Assembly (NCBI GenBank): GCA_035520515.1
Contig: DAOROH010000003.1
Location: 2,754 to 66,753, forward strand
Source: Fervidobacterium sp.
GTDB lineage: Bacteria; Thermotogota; Thermotogae; Thermotogales; Fervidobacteriaceae
Reading direction: 5' to 3'
Length of the DNA: 64,000 nt
Positions 38,918 to 48,912 of the stretch are shown piece after piece. The first letter of the stretch is position 1. Every line of letters starts with the position of its first letter. The notes below the pieces were generated by a model, which was not told where the DNA came from, searched no databases, and was given only the letters and a program-made list of their open reading frames with translations. The position numbers were made by a program, and so were the translations under genes.

Positions 38918-39616
38918 TTATTGATATTCATCAAATATTTCTAAAGAGAATTCATGGAGCTCATCATCGTAACATTTATAGTGTTTGGCCATGAGTATAT
39001 AACAAGTGGTTTCTATAATTTGAGTTGCGAAATCCGATATTTCCTCTATAGACCTTGAAATATCCAACAGCATAGATCCCCTGTTTATCAACCTTGGATT
39101 GTCCTGTACGATTCGAATGATCTCTTCTTTAAAACTACTGTACGCTTCGTCTATTTTTGCATCTTGAGTGCATACACCTGCGGCTCCTTCAATGTTTTGA
39201 TCCACGTATATTCTCAGAGACCTACGTAACATCTTTTGCGAGAAAGAAAACATCTCGGGTAGCATGATACTCTGATTGATTTCGGGTTCCTTAACCAAGT
39301 ATATGATGTTCTCAGCTATATCCTTCAATCTATCCGTTATATCTAAGAGTATTTTCGATACTATGACAGAACCAGATATGAAGCGTAGATAATAAGAATT
39401 TGGCGCAAAAGTCCCAAGAAGAACCTGTGAGAAGTCAAGAATCTCCAAGTACGCATCGTAGACGTCCCAGTAGTCATGCTTTACTTGTTTTGCCAAGTCA
39501 GTGTTCCTTTCCTTGAAAGATTCGGCAGTTATTCTCAATATATCTTCAACGTACCAACTTTCTTTTGTTACCATCTTTTTCAATTCTTCAGATTTATCAG
39601 TTACCATCCATTTCAC
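38918..39616 (-). CDS. phoU: PhoU-domain protein
   Basis: Two helical PhoU-like repeats (..RLKDIAENI..; QDAKIDEAY..IEEISDFATQIIETTCY). Divergent. Start GTG 39616 after GAGGG. Confidence 0.7.
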   Translation of the reverse strand: MKWMVTDKSEELKKMVTKESWYVEDILRITAESFKERNTDLAKQVKHDYWDVYDAYLEILDFSQVLLGTFAPNSYYLRFISGSVIVSKILLDITDRLKDIAENIIYLVKEPEINQSIMLPEMFSFSQKMLRRSLRIYVDQNIEGAAGVCTQDAKIDEAYSSFKEEIIRIVQDNPRLINRGSMLLDISRSIEEISDFATQIIETTCYILMAKHYKCYDDELHEFSLEIFDEYQ

Positions 39617-39617
39617 T

Positions 39618-40472
39618 TTAATCACCCTCGTTCTTTGATGAATTTCCATTCATCAATCCAAAAACATTTCTTCCATAACCGATCTTTTCCTTTATGGAAG
39701 TTGAAAAATCGTATCCTACAGGTCTAAGGATGGAAACCTTCTTACTGCTCTTCTTGATATTGATCTCCTTAACTTTTTTTACAACATCACCATCGATAAC
39801 CAAATTCACGCTGTCGTTCACAGTTATTTTGATGTTCTCACTACTTGGTATTATGAGACTCCTGGTTGCAAGAAATTGTGGTGCGATTGGAGTGATAACA
39901 AACGCTTCGACGTTTGGAAGCATTATTGGACCACCAAGTGCAAGTGAATAGGCTGAAGACCCTGTTGGAGTACTCACTATCACGCCATCTGCATGATAGT
40001 AAAATTCTCCATCGGACATTTGAACATCAAAATCTAGGATCTTTTGATTTGGATCTCTTTGAAGTATCGCATCGTTGATTGCGTGGTAATACTTGCCTTC
40101 AGCTTCAATTACCAATATCCATCTTTTATCTTCTACAAAATTCCATTGTTCCAAATCGGCAACAAGCTTGTCTAACTCGTCAAGACGATATCCAGAGAAA
40201 AAGCCTAATCTTCCTGCTTTGATACCTATAACCGGCTTTGAACTCTTTTTCAAAGTTCTCAAAACAGTGCCATCACCACCGACAACGATGATAATATCGC
40301 ACTGTGGAAGATTTGTGAAATCACTTGATGATTCGACGAAAAACGTTATATTAACATGGTTATTATGATTGTTAAGAACATCCAAAACCAATTTTGCAGA
40401 ACTTTCATAATCTCTTCTGTAAGAAACTCCAACTTTAATGCGGTTATCAATGCATTTATCTGAAATCCTCAC
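39618..40472 (-). CDS. nadK: NAD(+) kinase
   Basis: GGDGTVL, GRLGF, AIND and ADGVIVSTPTGSSAYSLALGGP motifs. Confidence 0.95.
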   Translation of the reverse strand: MRISDKCIDNRIKVGVSYRRDYESSAKLVLDVLNNHNNHVNITFFVESSSDFTNLPQCDIIIVVGGDGTVLRTLKKSSKPVIGIKAGRLGFFSGYRLDELDKLVADLEQWNFVEDKRWILVIEAEGKYYHAINDAILQRDPNQKILDFDVQMSDGEFYYHADGVIVSTPTGSSAYSLALGGPIMLPNVEAFVITPIAPQFLATRSLIIPSSENIKITVNDSVNLVIDGDVVKKVKEINIKKSSKKVSILRPVGYDFSTSIKEKIGYGRNVFGLMNGNSSKNEGD

Positions 40473-40765
40473 CTTAGTCTCAATCCCAAATCTATGAGTG
40501 TTTGTGCCAAGAACTGATCAATAAATATCAAAATCAAAATTGCTATGATCGGCGTTATGTCTACGTAACCGATATTCGGAATGAAACGTCTAAGTGGCCT
40601 TTCAATGAGATCTGACAATCTTCTGAGAAAATGGTAAAAACCAAATTGTTGTATTCCAGGTATCCAACTCAGTATAGCACTAATTATGATAACTGCTGTT
40701 TCAATATCGATGAATACTCTTAAAACTATTCCTATTGCCGAGAAAAGGTTCCCAAGTACAAACAT
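40469..40765 (-). CDS. yggT: YggT family membrane protein
   Basis: IIISAILSW..PLRRFIP..DITPIIA. Follows yggS. GAGGTG SD before ATG at 40765. Confidence 0.9.
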   Translation of the reverse strand: MFVLGNLFSAIGIVLRVFIDIETAVIIISAILSWIPGIQQFGFYHFLRRLSDLIERPLRRFIPNIGYVDITPIIAILILIFIDQFLAQTLIDLGLRLR

Positions 40766-40787
40766 ATCATCACCTCTTATGCTCTCT

Positions 40788-41489
40788 TTATGCCTTCGTA
40801 TATTCTCTCTCTCCAAATATCGCAGTACCTATCCTAACCATCGTACTTCCTTCTTCAACCGCTACTGTGAAATCATTCGTCATTCCCATTGAAAGTTCCT
40901 TTATTTCTGGATAATCGTTCCTCAATTCTTCTCTGAGTTCAAACAATTTTCTGAAATACGGCCGAGTATCTTCTGGCTCAATAAATGGTGCCATTGTCAT
41001 TAGTCCTACCACATTGACATTCTTGTAACTCGAACATTCTTTGATGAACTGCCTAATTTCTTCAGGTCTTAGCCCACCTTTAGTCTCCTCATTGGAGACA
41101 TTGACTTCTATGAGAACTTTTTGGATTTTTCCAAAGCGTACAGCAAGCTTTTCTATTTCTTCCATTTCTTCTATTCTGTACACAGAGTGTATGTACTCGG
41201 CAACCGGCACTACATATTTCAATTTGTTCGTCTGTATTCTACCTATAAAGTGCCACTGAACATCTTCAGGCATATTTTTGGCCTTGTCTCTAAGTTCTTG
41301 AGCGTAGTTTTCTCCAAATACTCGCATACCAATTTCATAGGCAGCTCTTACAACTTCAATTGGATGGGTCTTGGTGACTGCCACAAGCTTGATCTCATCA
41401 GGTTTTCTACCAACCTTTTCAGCATGAAATCTGATCTTCTCAAGAACGTTTTGAAAATTCTGGCGTATATCACTTTGAGAAAGGTTCAT
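40788..41489 (-). CDS. yggS: YggS/PROSC PLP homeostasis protein
   Basis: LVAVTKT, FGENYAQE, WHFIGRIQTNK, GLMTM, LSMGMTND and VRIGTAIFG motifs. Confidence 0.95.
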   Translation of the reverse strand: MNLSQSDIRQNFQNVLEKIRFHAEKVGRKPDEIKLVAVTKTHPIEVVRAAYEIGMRVFGENYAQELRDKAKNMPEDVQWHFIGRIQTNKLKYVVPVAEYIHSVYRIEEMEEIEKLAVRFGKIQKVLIEVNVSNEETKGGLRPEEIRQFIKECSSYKNVNVVGLMTMAPFIEPEDTRPYFRKLFELREELRNDYPEIKELSMGMTNDFTVAVEEGSTMVRIGTAIFGEREYTKA

Positions 41490-42534
41490 CGAACAAACCT
41501 CCCGATAGATTTGAAAAGCCTAAGTATCTGTATGCCTTTTCAGTAGCTATTCTTCCTCTAGCACTCCTCGCTACAAATCCGCACTGAACCAAGAATGGTT
41601 CGTACACTTCCGAGATCGTGTCTTCTGTCACACCGATCGATGCGGCCAAAGCTTTAAGGCCTACCGGTCCACCCTTGTACGTTTCAATAATTACTTTAAG
41701 TAGTTTTCTGTCCATATCATCAAGCCCAATTTCATCTACTCCAAGTAAATTCATAACTTCTTCAACCATCGCAATATCAATCTCTTCCTTACCTCTGACA
41801 GTACTGAGATCTCTTACTCTTTTCAACAACCTGATGGCAATTCTCGGAGTACCGCGTGCCCTCTTTGCCAAAGATAGCGAAGCATCTGGAGTTATTCCTA
41901 CCCCCATGACTTCTGCAGCCCTTGATATTATGAGTTGAAGCTCTTCTTGCGAATAGAAACTCATCTCGAAGATCATACCAAATCTATTACGCAAAGGTGA
42001 TGTCAACAAACCACTTCGCGTAGTTGCCCCCACCAGTGTGAATGGCTGAAGTTCAACCCTTATTGATCTCGCCGCAGGACCTTTTCCGATCATTATGTCA
42101 ATTTGATAATCTTCCATAGCAGAATAGAGTATCTCTTCAACATTCCTGTTCATTCTGTGGATTTCATCGATAAAAAGTACATCACCGTATTCCAAATTGG
42201 TCAACATTGCAGCCAAGTCGCCTTGCTTTTCCAATATCGGCCCACTTGTTATGTGGATGTTTGCATTGAGTTCGTTTGCAACGATCGTTGCCAAAGTAGT
42301 CTTTCCAAGTCCCGGGGGCCCTGCCAAAAGTATGTGGTCTAATTGTTCATTACGCATTTTCGATGCCTGTATGGAAAGTTTCAATCTCTCCTTTATATTG
42401 TCTTGGCCTATGTATTCTGACAGAAGTTTAGGACGAAGCGAATAAGTATCATATCCTGTTCGTTCCGGAGAAACTATCCTTTCTTGTATGTTCGAAATAA
42501 CTTGTTCGCTATCCGGATATTTTTCTTCAGTCAA
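41470..42534 (-). CDS. ruvB: Holliday junction branch migration helicase RuvB
   Basis: LRPKLLSEYIGQ, GPPGLGKTT, FIDEIHR, GATTRSG, RGTPRIA and EVYEPFL motifs. Confidence 0.97.
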   Translation of the reverse strand: MTEEKYPDSEQVISNIQERIVSPERTGYDTYSLRPKLLSEYIGQDNIKERLKLSIQASKMRNEQLDHILLAGPPGLGKTTLATIVANELNANIHITSGPILEKQGDLAAMLTNLEYGDVLFIDEIHRMNRNVEEILYSAMEDYQIDIMIGKGPAARSIRVELQPFTLVGATTRSGLLTSPLRNRFGMIFEMSFYSQEELQLIISRAAEVMGVGITPDASLSLAKRARGTPRIAIRLLKRVRDLSTVRGKEEIDIAMVEEVMNLLGVDEIGLDDMDRKLLKVIIETYKGGPVGLKALAASIGVTEDTISEVYEPFLVQCGFVARSARGRIATEKAYRYLGFSNLSGGLFDEPFSK

Positions 42535-42535
42535 T

Positions 42536-43045
42536 TCATCCTTCCTTTCCAAAAGTTGACACCTCAGCTTTCAACGGTATATCTAACTTCATTCCGTATC
42601 TTCCAATATCAAACTTGACCTTTACAAACCCTTCAAGGTAAACTTTGGAATCACCATCTCTAAACTCTTCGAAAATCTGCACGTCAGAAATCTTGATTAA
42701 AAAGCTCTTACCTGCGTCCCTGACATAATCAGCAGTCCAGCTACCCATATCTTTCCCTTCTTCATTGCTCATACTTAGTTGTATCAACTCTATCTCGTAC
42801 GGTATAGTGGAATCAATAGTAATATTTCCATAGCATTCAACTGTCATACCATTTATCGAACAATCACTTAGCGCAAGTCTTGCGTTAACTTCCTTTAATG
42901 ATAAAAAGCTATGCTTCAGATTATCGAGTGAAGCAATCAACAGAAATAATGAAGTTGCAAAAATGACAACTAAGATCAAAGTGTAGAGATAAAACCCCTT
43001 AGAATTACTATTCGCCGTGATTTTCATAGATGTAGTCAGCCTCAT
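42536..43045 (-). CDS. Hypothetical membrane-anchored protein
   Basis: 169-codon ORF overlapping the ruvB start region. One N-terminal TM followed by a beta-rich domain. Confidence 0.65.
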   Translation of the reverse strand: MRLTTSMKITANSNSKGFYLYTLILVVIFATSLFLLIASLDNLKHSFLSLKEVNARLALSDCSINGMTVECYGNITIDSTIPYEIELIQLSMSNEEGKDMGSWTADYVRDAGKSFLIKISDVQIFEEFRDGDSKVYLEGFVKVKFDIGRYGMKLDIPLKAEVSTFGKEG

Positions 43046-43159
43046 CGATCTAAGATTTCAAGAGTATTATATCACATTGAAGATTCATTTTGTAGTTATC
43101 AATTTACGTTTCGTAATTTCTTGAAAGATCACTTAACAAACGATTCTTCAAAAATTATA

Positions 43160-43216
43160 TTGACAAATTTTCACTCGATGATAATATTGTTATACATCTA
43201 ATAATTATACATCAAA
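43160..43216 (+). promoter_or_regulatory. Promoter and tandem repeat (putative MarR operator)
   Basis: TTGACA (43160) with TGATAATAT as extended -10, followed by two TTATACATC copies 15 bp apart. Confidence 0.55.
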
Positions 43217-43248
43217 CCTTATTTGAGTTTGAATGGAGGAGGTGAATT

Positions 43249-43713
43249 ATGAAGGATTTTGCTGATGAAAGGAGTGTCTTGTACTATCTTTCATCGATTC
43301 AGAAATACGTTTTCAAGATAGTATACGAAACAACGGTAAAGGAATACGATTTGCATCCAGGGCAGATACCAATATTGTTCTTGCTCGAATATAAGCCAGG
43401 GGCAATTCAGCGAGAGATAGCAACATCGATAAATGTCGAACCTGGTACAGTCGCTGTTATGCTAAAGAGGATGGAAAAGAAAGGCCTTATCTTTAGAAGT
43501 GTGGATGAAAAGGATAAGCGCATATCAAGGGTATATTTGACGAGTAAAGCTGAAGATATACTAAAGCAAATTAAGGATTTCACAAAAGAGATGGAGAACA
43601 TCATCTTGTCAGGATTATCGGATTCCGAGAGGACAAAACTCATGGAATTATTAACCAAGATAAGAAAACACCTCTCAACTTATTATGGAGAGAAAGGAGG
43701 ACCAGAATGTTAA
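43249..43713 (+). CDS. MarR family transcriptional regulator
   Basis: QREIA..TVAVMLKRMEKKGLIFR..DEKDKRISRVYLT winged helix. Confidence 0.93.
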   Translation: MKDFADERSVLYYLSSIQKYVFKIVYETTVKEYDLHPGQIPILFLLEYKPGAIQREIATSINVEPGTVAVMLKRMEKKGLIFRSVDEKDKRISRVYLTSKAEDILKQIKDFTKEMENIILSGLSDSERTKLMELLTKIRKHLSTYYGEKGGPEC

Positions 43714-45521
43714 CGAAGTATTTTTCGAGGTATTGGTTATTGATAACGGTTACAGTATTACTTGTAGTCGTCCAAGCTGTAATAAGCCTTTATCTGCCTG
43801 ATCTTATGTCAAATATTGTTGACAAAGGTATCACTAAAGGTGATGTTGACTACATATGGAAAGTTGGCGGTCAGATGCTACTTTACTCGCTCATCTCTGC
43901 TATCGCTGCAATCGTTGGCAGCTATACTTCTTCGATTGTCAGCATGGGGATTGGTAGAGACCTCCGAGGTGCAGTGTTCGAAAAGGTTAATTCTTTTTCG
44001 CTAGAAGAGATAAATAAGTTCAGTACTGCATCTTTGATAACTAGGACAACAAACGATGTTACTCAAATTCAACAGGCAACAATGATGATGTTAAGAATGG
44101 TTGCGATGGCACCTGTGATGGCAATAGGTGGTATAGCCATGTCTGTAAATAAGGATGCACAATTGACGAGCGTCTTGTTCATTTCGATACCGATAATGTT
44201 TATAGGACTCGGCTTGATAACTTGGATAGTAGTTCCATGGTTCAGAAGTATGCAAACAAAGATCGATAGACTAAGCCTCGTGTTGCGTGAAAGGGTCACG
44301 GGTATACGAGTGATAAGGGCATTTAACAAAGAGGAACACGAGAAGAAGAGATTTACTGAAGCAAACAATGATTTAACGAATACTGCATTGAAGATAAACA
44401 GGGTTGCGTCGCTATTGTTCCCGTATATGATGATCGTGATGAACTTCACGACGATATTGATAATTTGGTTTGGAGCTAAGCAGATAGATATCGGCAAACT
44501 TCAAGTCGGCCAGATGATGGCTGTTATGCAATACGTTATGCAGATCATGTTCTCATTTATCATGATTTCTGTCATCTTCATCATGCTTCCAAGGGCAAAC
44601 GTATCTGCAAATAGGATCAAGGAAGTATTAGCTGTAGAACCGAAAGTAAAGGATCCATACCTATCATCATCAACTTCAGATTCAAAGAATGGTAAAAATG
44701 CAAGAAATACAAGAAGTGCAGAAGATGAAAGACTTGTAAATTCGGCTTGGTACATGAAAATCGGAAAAAGTGAGAATATTAAAGGTGAAGTTGAATTTGA
44801 TAACGTCACTTTTTCATATCCCGGTGCGGGTGAGCCTGTGTTGGAGAACATTTCATTTAAAGCCCTGCCAGGGAAGGTTACGGCAATAATTGGTTCTACT
44901 GGTTCTGGGAAAAGTACTTTATTGAATTTGATACCAAGATTCTACGATGTTACAAGCGGTAGCGTTAAGATAGATGGTATCGACGTTAGAGAATTCCCAT
45001 TGGAAACGCTAAGGAAGAATATAGGTTATGCCACTCAGAAAGCAATGATCTTCTCTGGAACTATAAGGGACAACATCAGATTTGGTAGAGAGTGGATCAC
45101 TGATCAGATGGTGGAGCATGCTGCGGATATTGCACAGGTAATGGAATTTGCATCAAAGTATCCTGAAGGGTTAGACTATTACATTGATCAATCAGGTTTA
45201 AATCTTTCCGGTGGTCAGAAACAACGTGTCTCGATTGCACGGGCAGTAGCCGGAAGACCTAAAATTTACCTCTTCGATGACACATTCAGTGCACTGGATT
45301 TCAAAACGGATGCAAATGTTAGATTGAGATTGTTCAAAGAGACGTCTGACGCTACGGTGATAATAGTTGCACAGAGAGTTGCCACGATTATGTACGCGGA
45401 TCAAATAATAGTCTTAGAAGATGGAAAAGTGGTTGGAGTCGGCACTCATGCTGAACTTATTGAAAACAATGAAATATACAAGGACATCGTCAATTCTCAA
45501 TTATCAAAAGAAGAGATATGA
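43707..45521 (+). CDS. Heterodimeric ABC exporter subunit (TM287/EfrA-like, degenerate site)
   Basis: TMD plus NBD. GSTGSGKST and LSGGQKQR, but non-canonical Walker B (FDDTFS) and H-switch (AQR). Confidence 0.93.
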   Translation: MLTKYFSRYWLLITVTVLLVVVQAVISLYLPDLMSNIVDKGITKGDVDYIWKVGGQMLLYSLISAIAAIVGSYTSSIVSMGIGRDLRGAVFEKVNSFSLEEINKFSTASLITRTTNDVTQIQQATMMMLRMVAMAPVMAIGGIAMSVNKDAQLTSVLFISIPIMFIGLGLITWIVVPWFRSMQTKIDRLSLVLRERVTGIRVIRAFNKEEHEKKRFTEANNDLTNTALKINRVASLLFPYMMIVMNFTTILIIWFGAKQIDIGKLQVGQMMAVMQYVMQIMFSFIMISVIFIMLPRANVSANRIKEVLAVEPKVKDPYLSSSTSDSKNGKNARNTRSAEDERLVNSAWYMKIGKSENIKGEVEFDNVTFSYPGAGEPVLENISFKALPGKVTAIIGSTGSGKSTLLNLIPRFYDVTSGSVKIDGIDVREFPLETLRKNIGYATQKAMIFSGTIRDNIRFGREWITDQMVEHAADIAQVMEFASKYPEGLDYYIDQSGLNLSGGQKQRVSIARAVAGRPKIYLFDDTFSALDFKTDANVRLRLFKETSDATVIIVAQRVATIMYADQIIVLEDGKVVGVGTHAELIENNEIYKDIVNSQLSKEEI

Positions 45522-45562
45522 AGAGCCCGAGAATGTGAAATGTGTATAATGAGGTGATATGA

Positions 45563-47482
45563 ATGGACGAAAAGAAAGAGAATACAAAACCAACGACAGT
45601 TAGTCAAGATAACTCCAAGGTAAGTAAAGCCTCCAAAAATAGAGAAAGAAGAATGGGTGGTGGCCCTGCATTTGCACGTGGCGGGGAAAAACCGAAGGAT
45701 TTTAGGAAAGCACTGAGATTTCTATTTTCGTACTTAAAGCCATACGTAATTCCCATAATCATAGTCTTTGCCATAACAATCACTGCAACGATACTTACAA
45801 TAAGGGCACCAAAGATATTGGGACAGGCAACAACTGAGATATTCAGAGTCATAATGTTGAGACAGTCACCTTTATCAAGATTTTTGAATACAACGATGAA
45901 TTTTGATAAAATCTTCCAAATTCTCTTAACCGTGGGTATCCTATATGCATTTGCAGCAGCTTTGAATTTCTTCCAAGGTTTTATGATGGCAGGAGTTACC
46001 CAGAGAATAGTGCGAAAGATGAGGGAAGATATAAACGAAAAACTGAGAAAACTTCCGCTGAGTTTCTACGATAACACATCTCACGGTGATATTATCAGTA
46101 GAGTAAGCAACGATATTGACCTAATAAGCAACACATTGCAGCAAAGTTTGGTTCAGTTTATCTCTGGTATTGTCACAATAGTTGGTATTACATACATGAT
46201 GATAACGATAAACGGATGGTTAACACTTTTGACAATAGCCACACTACCGTTGAGTATAATAGCAACGATGATTGTCGCGAAAAATTCACAAAAGTATTTC
46301 GCACAACAGCAAGAGAACATCGGATTATTGACGGGGCAAGTTGAAGAAGTGTACGGTGGACACATCGTAGTAAAAGCATACAATCGTGAAAAGGATGAAA
46401 TCAAGCAATTTTCCGAAACCAATGAAAAGCTGTACCGCTCTGCATATATGGCACACTTTGTTTCAGGTATCATCATGCCTATAATGAATTTCATAGGAAA
46501 TTTGGGATACATATTTGTTGCCGTGGCTGGTGGAATCTTGGTTACAAGAAACGCAATTACCGTAGGTGATATACAGGCGTTTATACAGTACTCACGACAG
46601 TTCAATCAACCAATCGTCCAAATTGCAAACATCGCAAATATGATCCAATCTACGCTTGCAGCAGCTGAAAGGGTTTCAGAAATTATGGAGAAGGAAGAAG
46701 AAACTCCAGATAGACCAGATGCTATTGAATTAGACAGAGTTGAAGGTAATGTCAAATTTGAATCTGTGAGGTTCAGTTACGTTCCAGAGAAGCCACTCAT
46801 AGAGAACTTAAACATAGATGTCAAGAGTGGACAAAAAGTAGCCATCGTAGGTCCAACAGGTGCTGGAAAGACTACACTCGTAAATCTACTAATGAGATTC
46901 TATGAAATTCAAGGTGGATCAATAAAAGTTGATGGAATAGATATTCGGGATATAAAGAAGTACAATCTCAGAAAGCATTTCGGTATGGTTTTGCAAGACA
47001 CATGGCTGTTTTCAGGGACAATAAAGGATAATATTGCATACGGTCGCGAAAATGCTACAGATGAAGATGTGATAAACGCTGCAAAGGCTGCCCATGTGCA
47101 TCATTTCATAACTGCTCTGCCGGATGGGTACAACACATTGATAGGTGAGGACTCCTCAAATATCTCACAAGGTCAACGACAGCTATTAACCATAGCAAGG
47201 GCTTTTTTGGCTGATCCAGACATACTCATACTCGACGAGGCAACGAGTAATGTTGATACATTGACGGAAATATACATTCAAAGGGCAATGGACGCTTTAA
47301 TGAAAGGTAGAACATCATTCATAGTAGCACATAGATTATCCACTATAAGAGATGCGGACATGATACTTGTCATGAACGAGGGAAGAATTGTGGAAATAGG
47401 TAAGCATGAAGAACTCTTGGAAAGAAACGGTTTCTACGCAGATATGTATAAGAGCCAATTTGCAGGTGCACTTGTCGATTGA
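45563..47482 (+). CDS. Heterodimeric ABC exporter subunit (TM288/EfrB-like)
   Basis: TMD plus NBD. GPTGAGKTT, degenerate signature ISQGQ, canonical LDEATS and AHRL. Confidence 0.93.
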   Translation: MDEKKENTKPTTVSQDNSKVSKASKNRERRMGGGPAFARGGEKPKDFRKALRFLFSYLKPYVIPIIIVFAITITATILTIRAPKILGQATTEIFRVIMLRQSPLSRFLNTTMNFDKIFQILLTVGILYAFAAALNFFQGFMMAGVTQRIVRKMREDINEKLRKLPLSFYDNTSHGDIISRVSNDIDLISNTLQQSLVQFISGIVTIVGITYMMITINGWLTLLTIATLPLSIIATMIVAKNSQKYFAQQQENIGLLTGQVEEVYGGHIVVKAYNREKDEIKQFSETNEKLYRSAYMAHFVSGIIMPIMNFIGNLGYIFVAVAGGILVTRNAITVGDIQAFIQYSRQFNQPIVQIANIANMIQSTLAAAERVSEIMEKEEETPDRPDAIELDRVEGNVKFESVRFSYVPEKPLIENLNIDVKSGQKVAIVGPTGAGKTTLVNLLMRFYEIQGGSIKVDGIDIRDIKKYNLRKHFGMVLQDTWLFSGTIKDNIAYGRENATDEDVINAAKAAHVHHFITALPDGYNTLIGEDSSNISQGQRQLLTIARAFLADPDILILDEATSNVDTLTEIYIQRAMDALMKGRTSFIVAHRLSTIRDADMILVMNEGRIVEIGKHEELLERNGFYADMYKSQFAGALVD

Positions 47483-47527
47483 GCATAATTAAGGAGACAG
47501 TTAATAAAATTAACACCTAAAAAAATT

Positions 47528-47560
47528 AAATCCCATCGCTTTTCAGCGATGGGATTTTTC
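47528..47560 (+). terminator. Intrinsic terminator
   Basis: AAATCCCATCGCT-TTTC-AGCGATGGGATTT stem-loop with T tail. Confidence 0.85.
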
Positions 47561-47733
47561 TGTCAATGTATTGAACAAAGAGAAATTACAAGTGTAAAAG
47601 ACTTGAAATAATGTACTGATATATGATATAATAAAATTGTTAGTTAAACTTTGTTTTTCATCTTCAATTGAATGTGACTTCTACATTCGTAAGCCTAATG
47701 AATTGCAAGGTTTGTTAGGTCAGGGGGACAACA

Positions 47734-48333
47734 ATGAAAAAAGAGGATTTAATGGCTGTTATTGAAGGAAGAATAGCACAATGTCAAATGTGTCCATTAG
47801 GTTTACTTAGAAAGAATACCGTACCAGGTGAAGGGAATCTATATTCCCCAATACTTTTTGTTGGTGAAGGACCGGGCGAGGAAGAAGACAATCAAGGGAG
47901 ACCGTTTGTAGGAAAGGCTGGTCAACTTCTTACTAAAATCCTTGAATCAGTAAACATTGCTCGAGAAGATGTGTACATAGCAAACATGGTAAAGTGTCGG
48001 CCACCAAACAATAGAGTACCAACAAGCTTAGAAATTCAGTCTTGCTCTCAGTATCTACTGGCACAGATAGAGGTCATAAATCCGAGGATGATTGTACCAC
48101 TTGGGAGTACTGCATTGAATTTCTTTTTAGGAGAAGATCAACAGATAACAAAAGTTCGCGGGAGAGAATTCATTTGGAAAGGAAACATAATAATCTTTCC
48201 GATGTTTCATCCAAGCTATCTATTAAGAAATCCATCGAAAGAAAAGGGAAGCCCAAAAGATCTAACGTGGCAAGATATAAAGAAGGTAAGAAAGTATTAC
48301 GATGATTTTATGCACGGTGATACTCAGAAGTAA
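47734..48333 (+). CDS. Uracil-DNA glycosylase, family 4
   Basis: CQMC, GEGPGEEED..GRPFVGKAG, NMVKCRPPNNR and FHPSYLLR motifs. Confidence 0.95.
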   Translation: MKKEDLMAVIEGRIAQCQMCPLGLLRKNTVPGEGNLYSPILFVGEGPGEEEDNQGRPFVGKAGQLLTKILESVNIAREDVYIANMVKCRPPNNRVPTSLEIQSCSQYLLAQIEVINPRMIVPLGSTALNFFLGEDQQITKVRGREFIWKGNIIIFPMFHPSYLLRNPSKEKGSPKDLTWQDIKKVRKYYDDFMHGDTQK

Positions 48334-48384
48334 GTAGAATCATCATAGAAACATACAATGTTCCACAGAGGAGGTATAGGAAAA

Positions 48385-48912
48385 GTGAAAAGAGAACAAC
48401 GAGATTTAAAGCATGAAACAAAATTAACACCAACAGTTATGAGCTATATCTCATCAATTTATTCCCTTATAGAAACCGATGGTGTCGCAAGGATATCAGA
48501 TATAGCAAAGCTAAAGAATGTTTCGTATGCAAGCGTTACAAACGCAGTGAAAAAGCTTGTGGAACTTGGAGTCGTGGACCACAAGAGATACGGATTTGTA
48601 AAATTAACGCAGCGTGGTCTCAAAATAGCACAGATGCTGAAATCTGGAGAATCTCGTATAAAGTATTTCTTCATATATGTCGTTGGCTTACCAGAAAAAA
48701 AGGCACAGCAAATTGCGAGTCTAATGGTATACGACTTAGATGCTGATACAAGGAGAAAGTTGAGAAAGTTTTACTCTATATTGATCGATTTTTCTGACAA
48801 GAAGACGAAAGAATTGGAAGAATTTATTAGAGAGAACAGAAAAGATCTTGAAATTCCTGATGAAGTATACAGACTAAAAGACAAGATTAAGGAGGATGAG
48901 CTTGATGAGTAA
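48385..48912 (+). CDS. DtxR/MntR-like winged-helix regulator (metal ligands degenerate)
   Basis: IY..ARISDIAKLKNVSYASVTNAVKKL..GVVDHKRYGFVKLTQRG matches the DtxR DNA-binding domain. GGAGG SD before GTG at 48385. Confidence 0.8.
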   Translation: MKREQRDLKHETKLTPTVMSYISSIYSLIETDGVARISDIAKLKNVSYASVTNAVKKLVELGVVDHKRYGFVKLTQRGLKIAQMLKSGESRIKYFFIYVVGLPEKKAQQIASLMVYDLDADTRRKLRKFYSILIDFSDKKTKELEEFIRENRKDLEIPDEVYRLKDKIKEDELDE

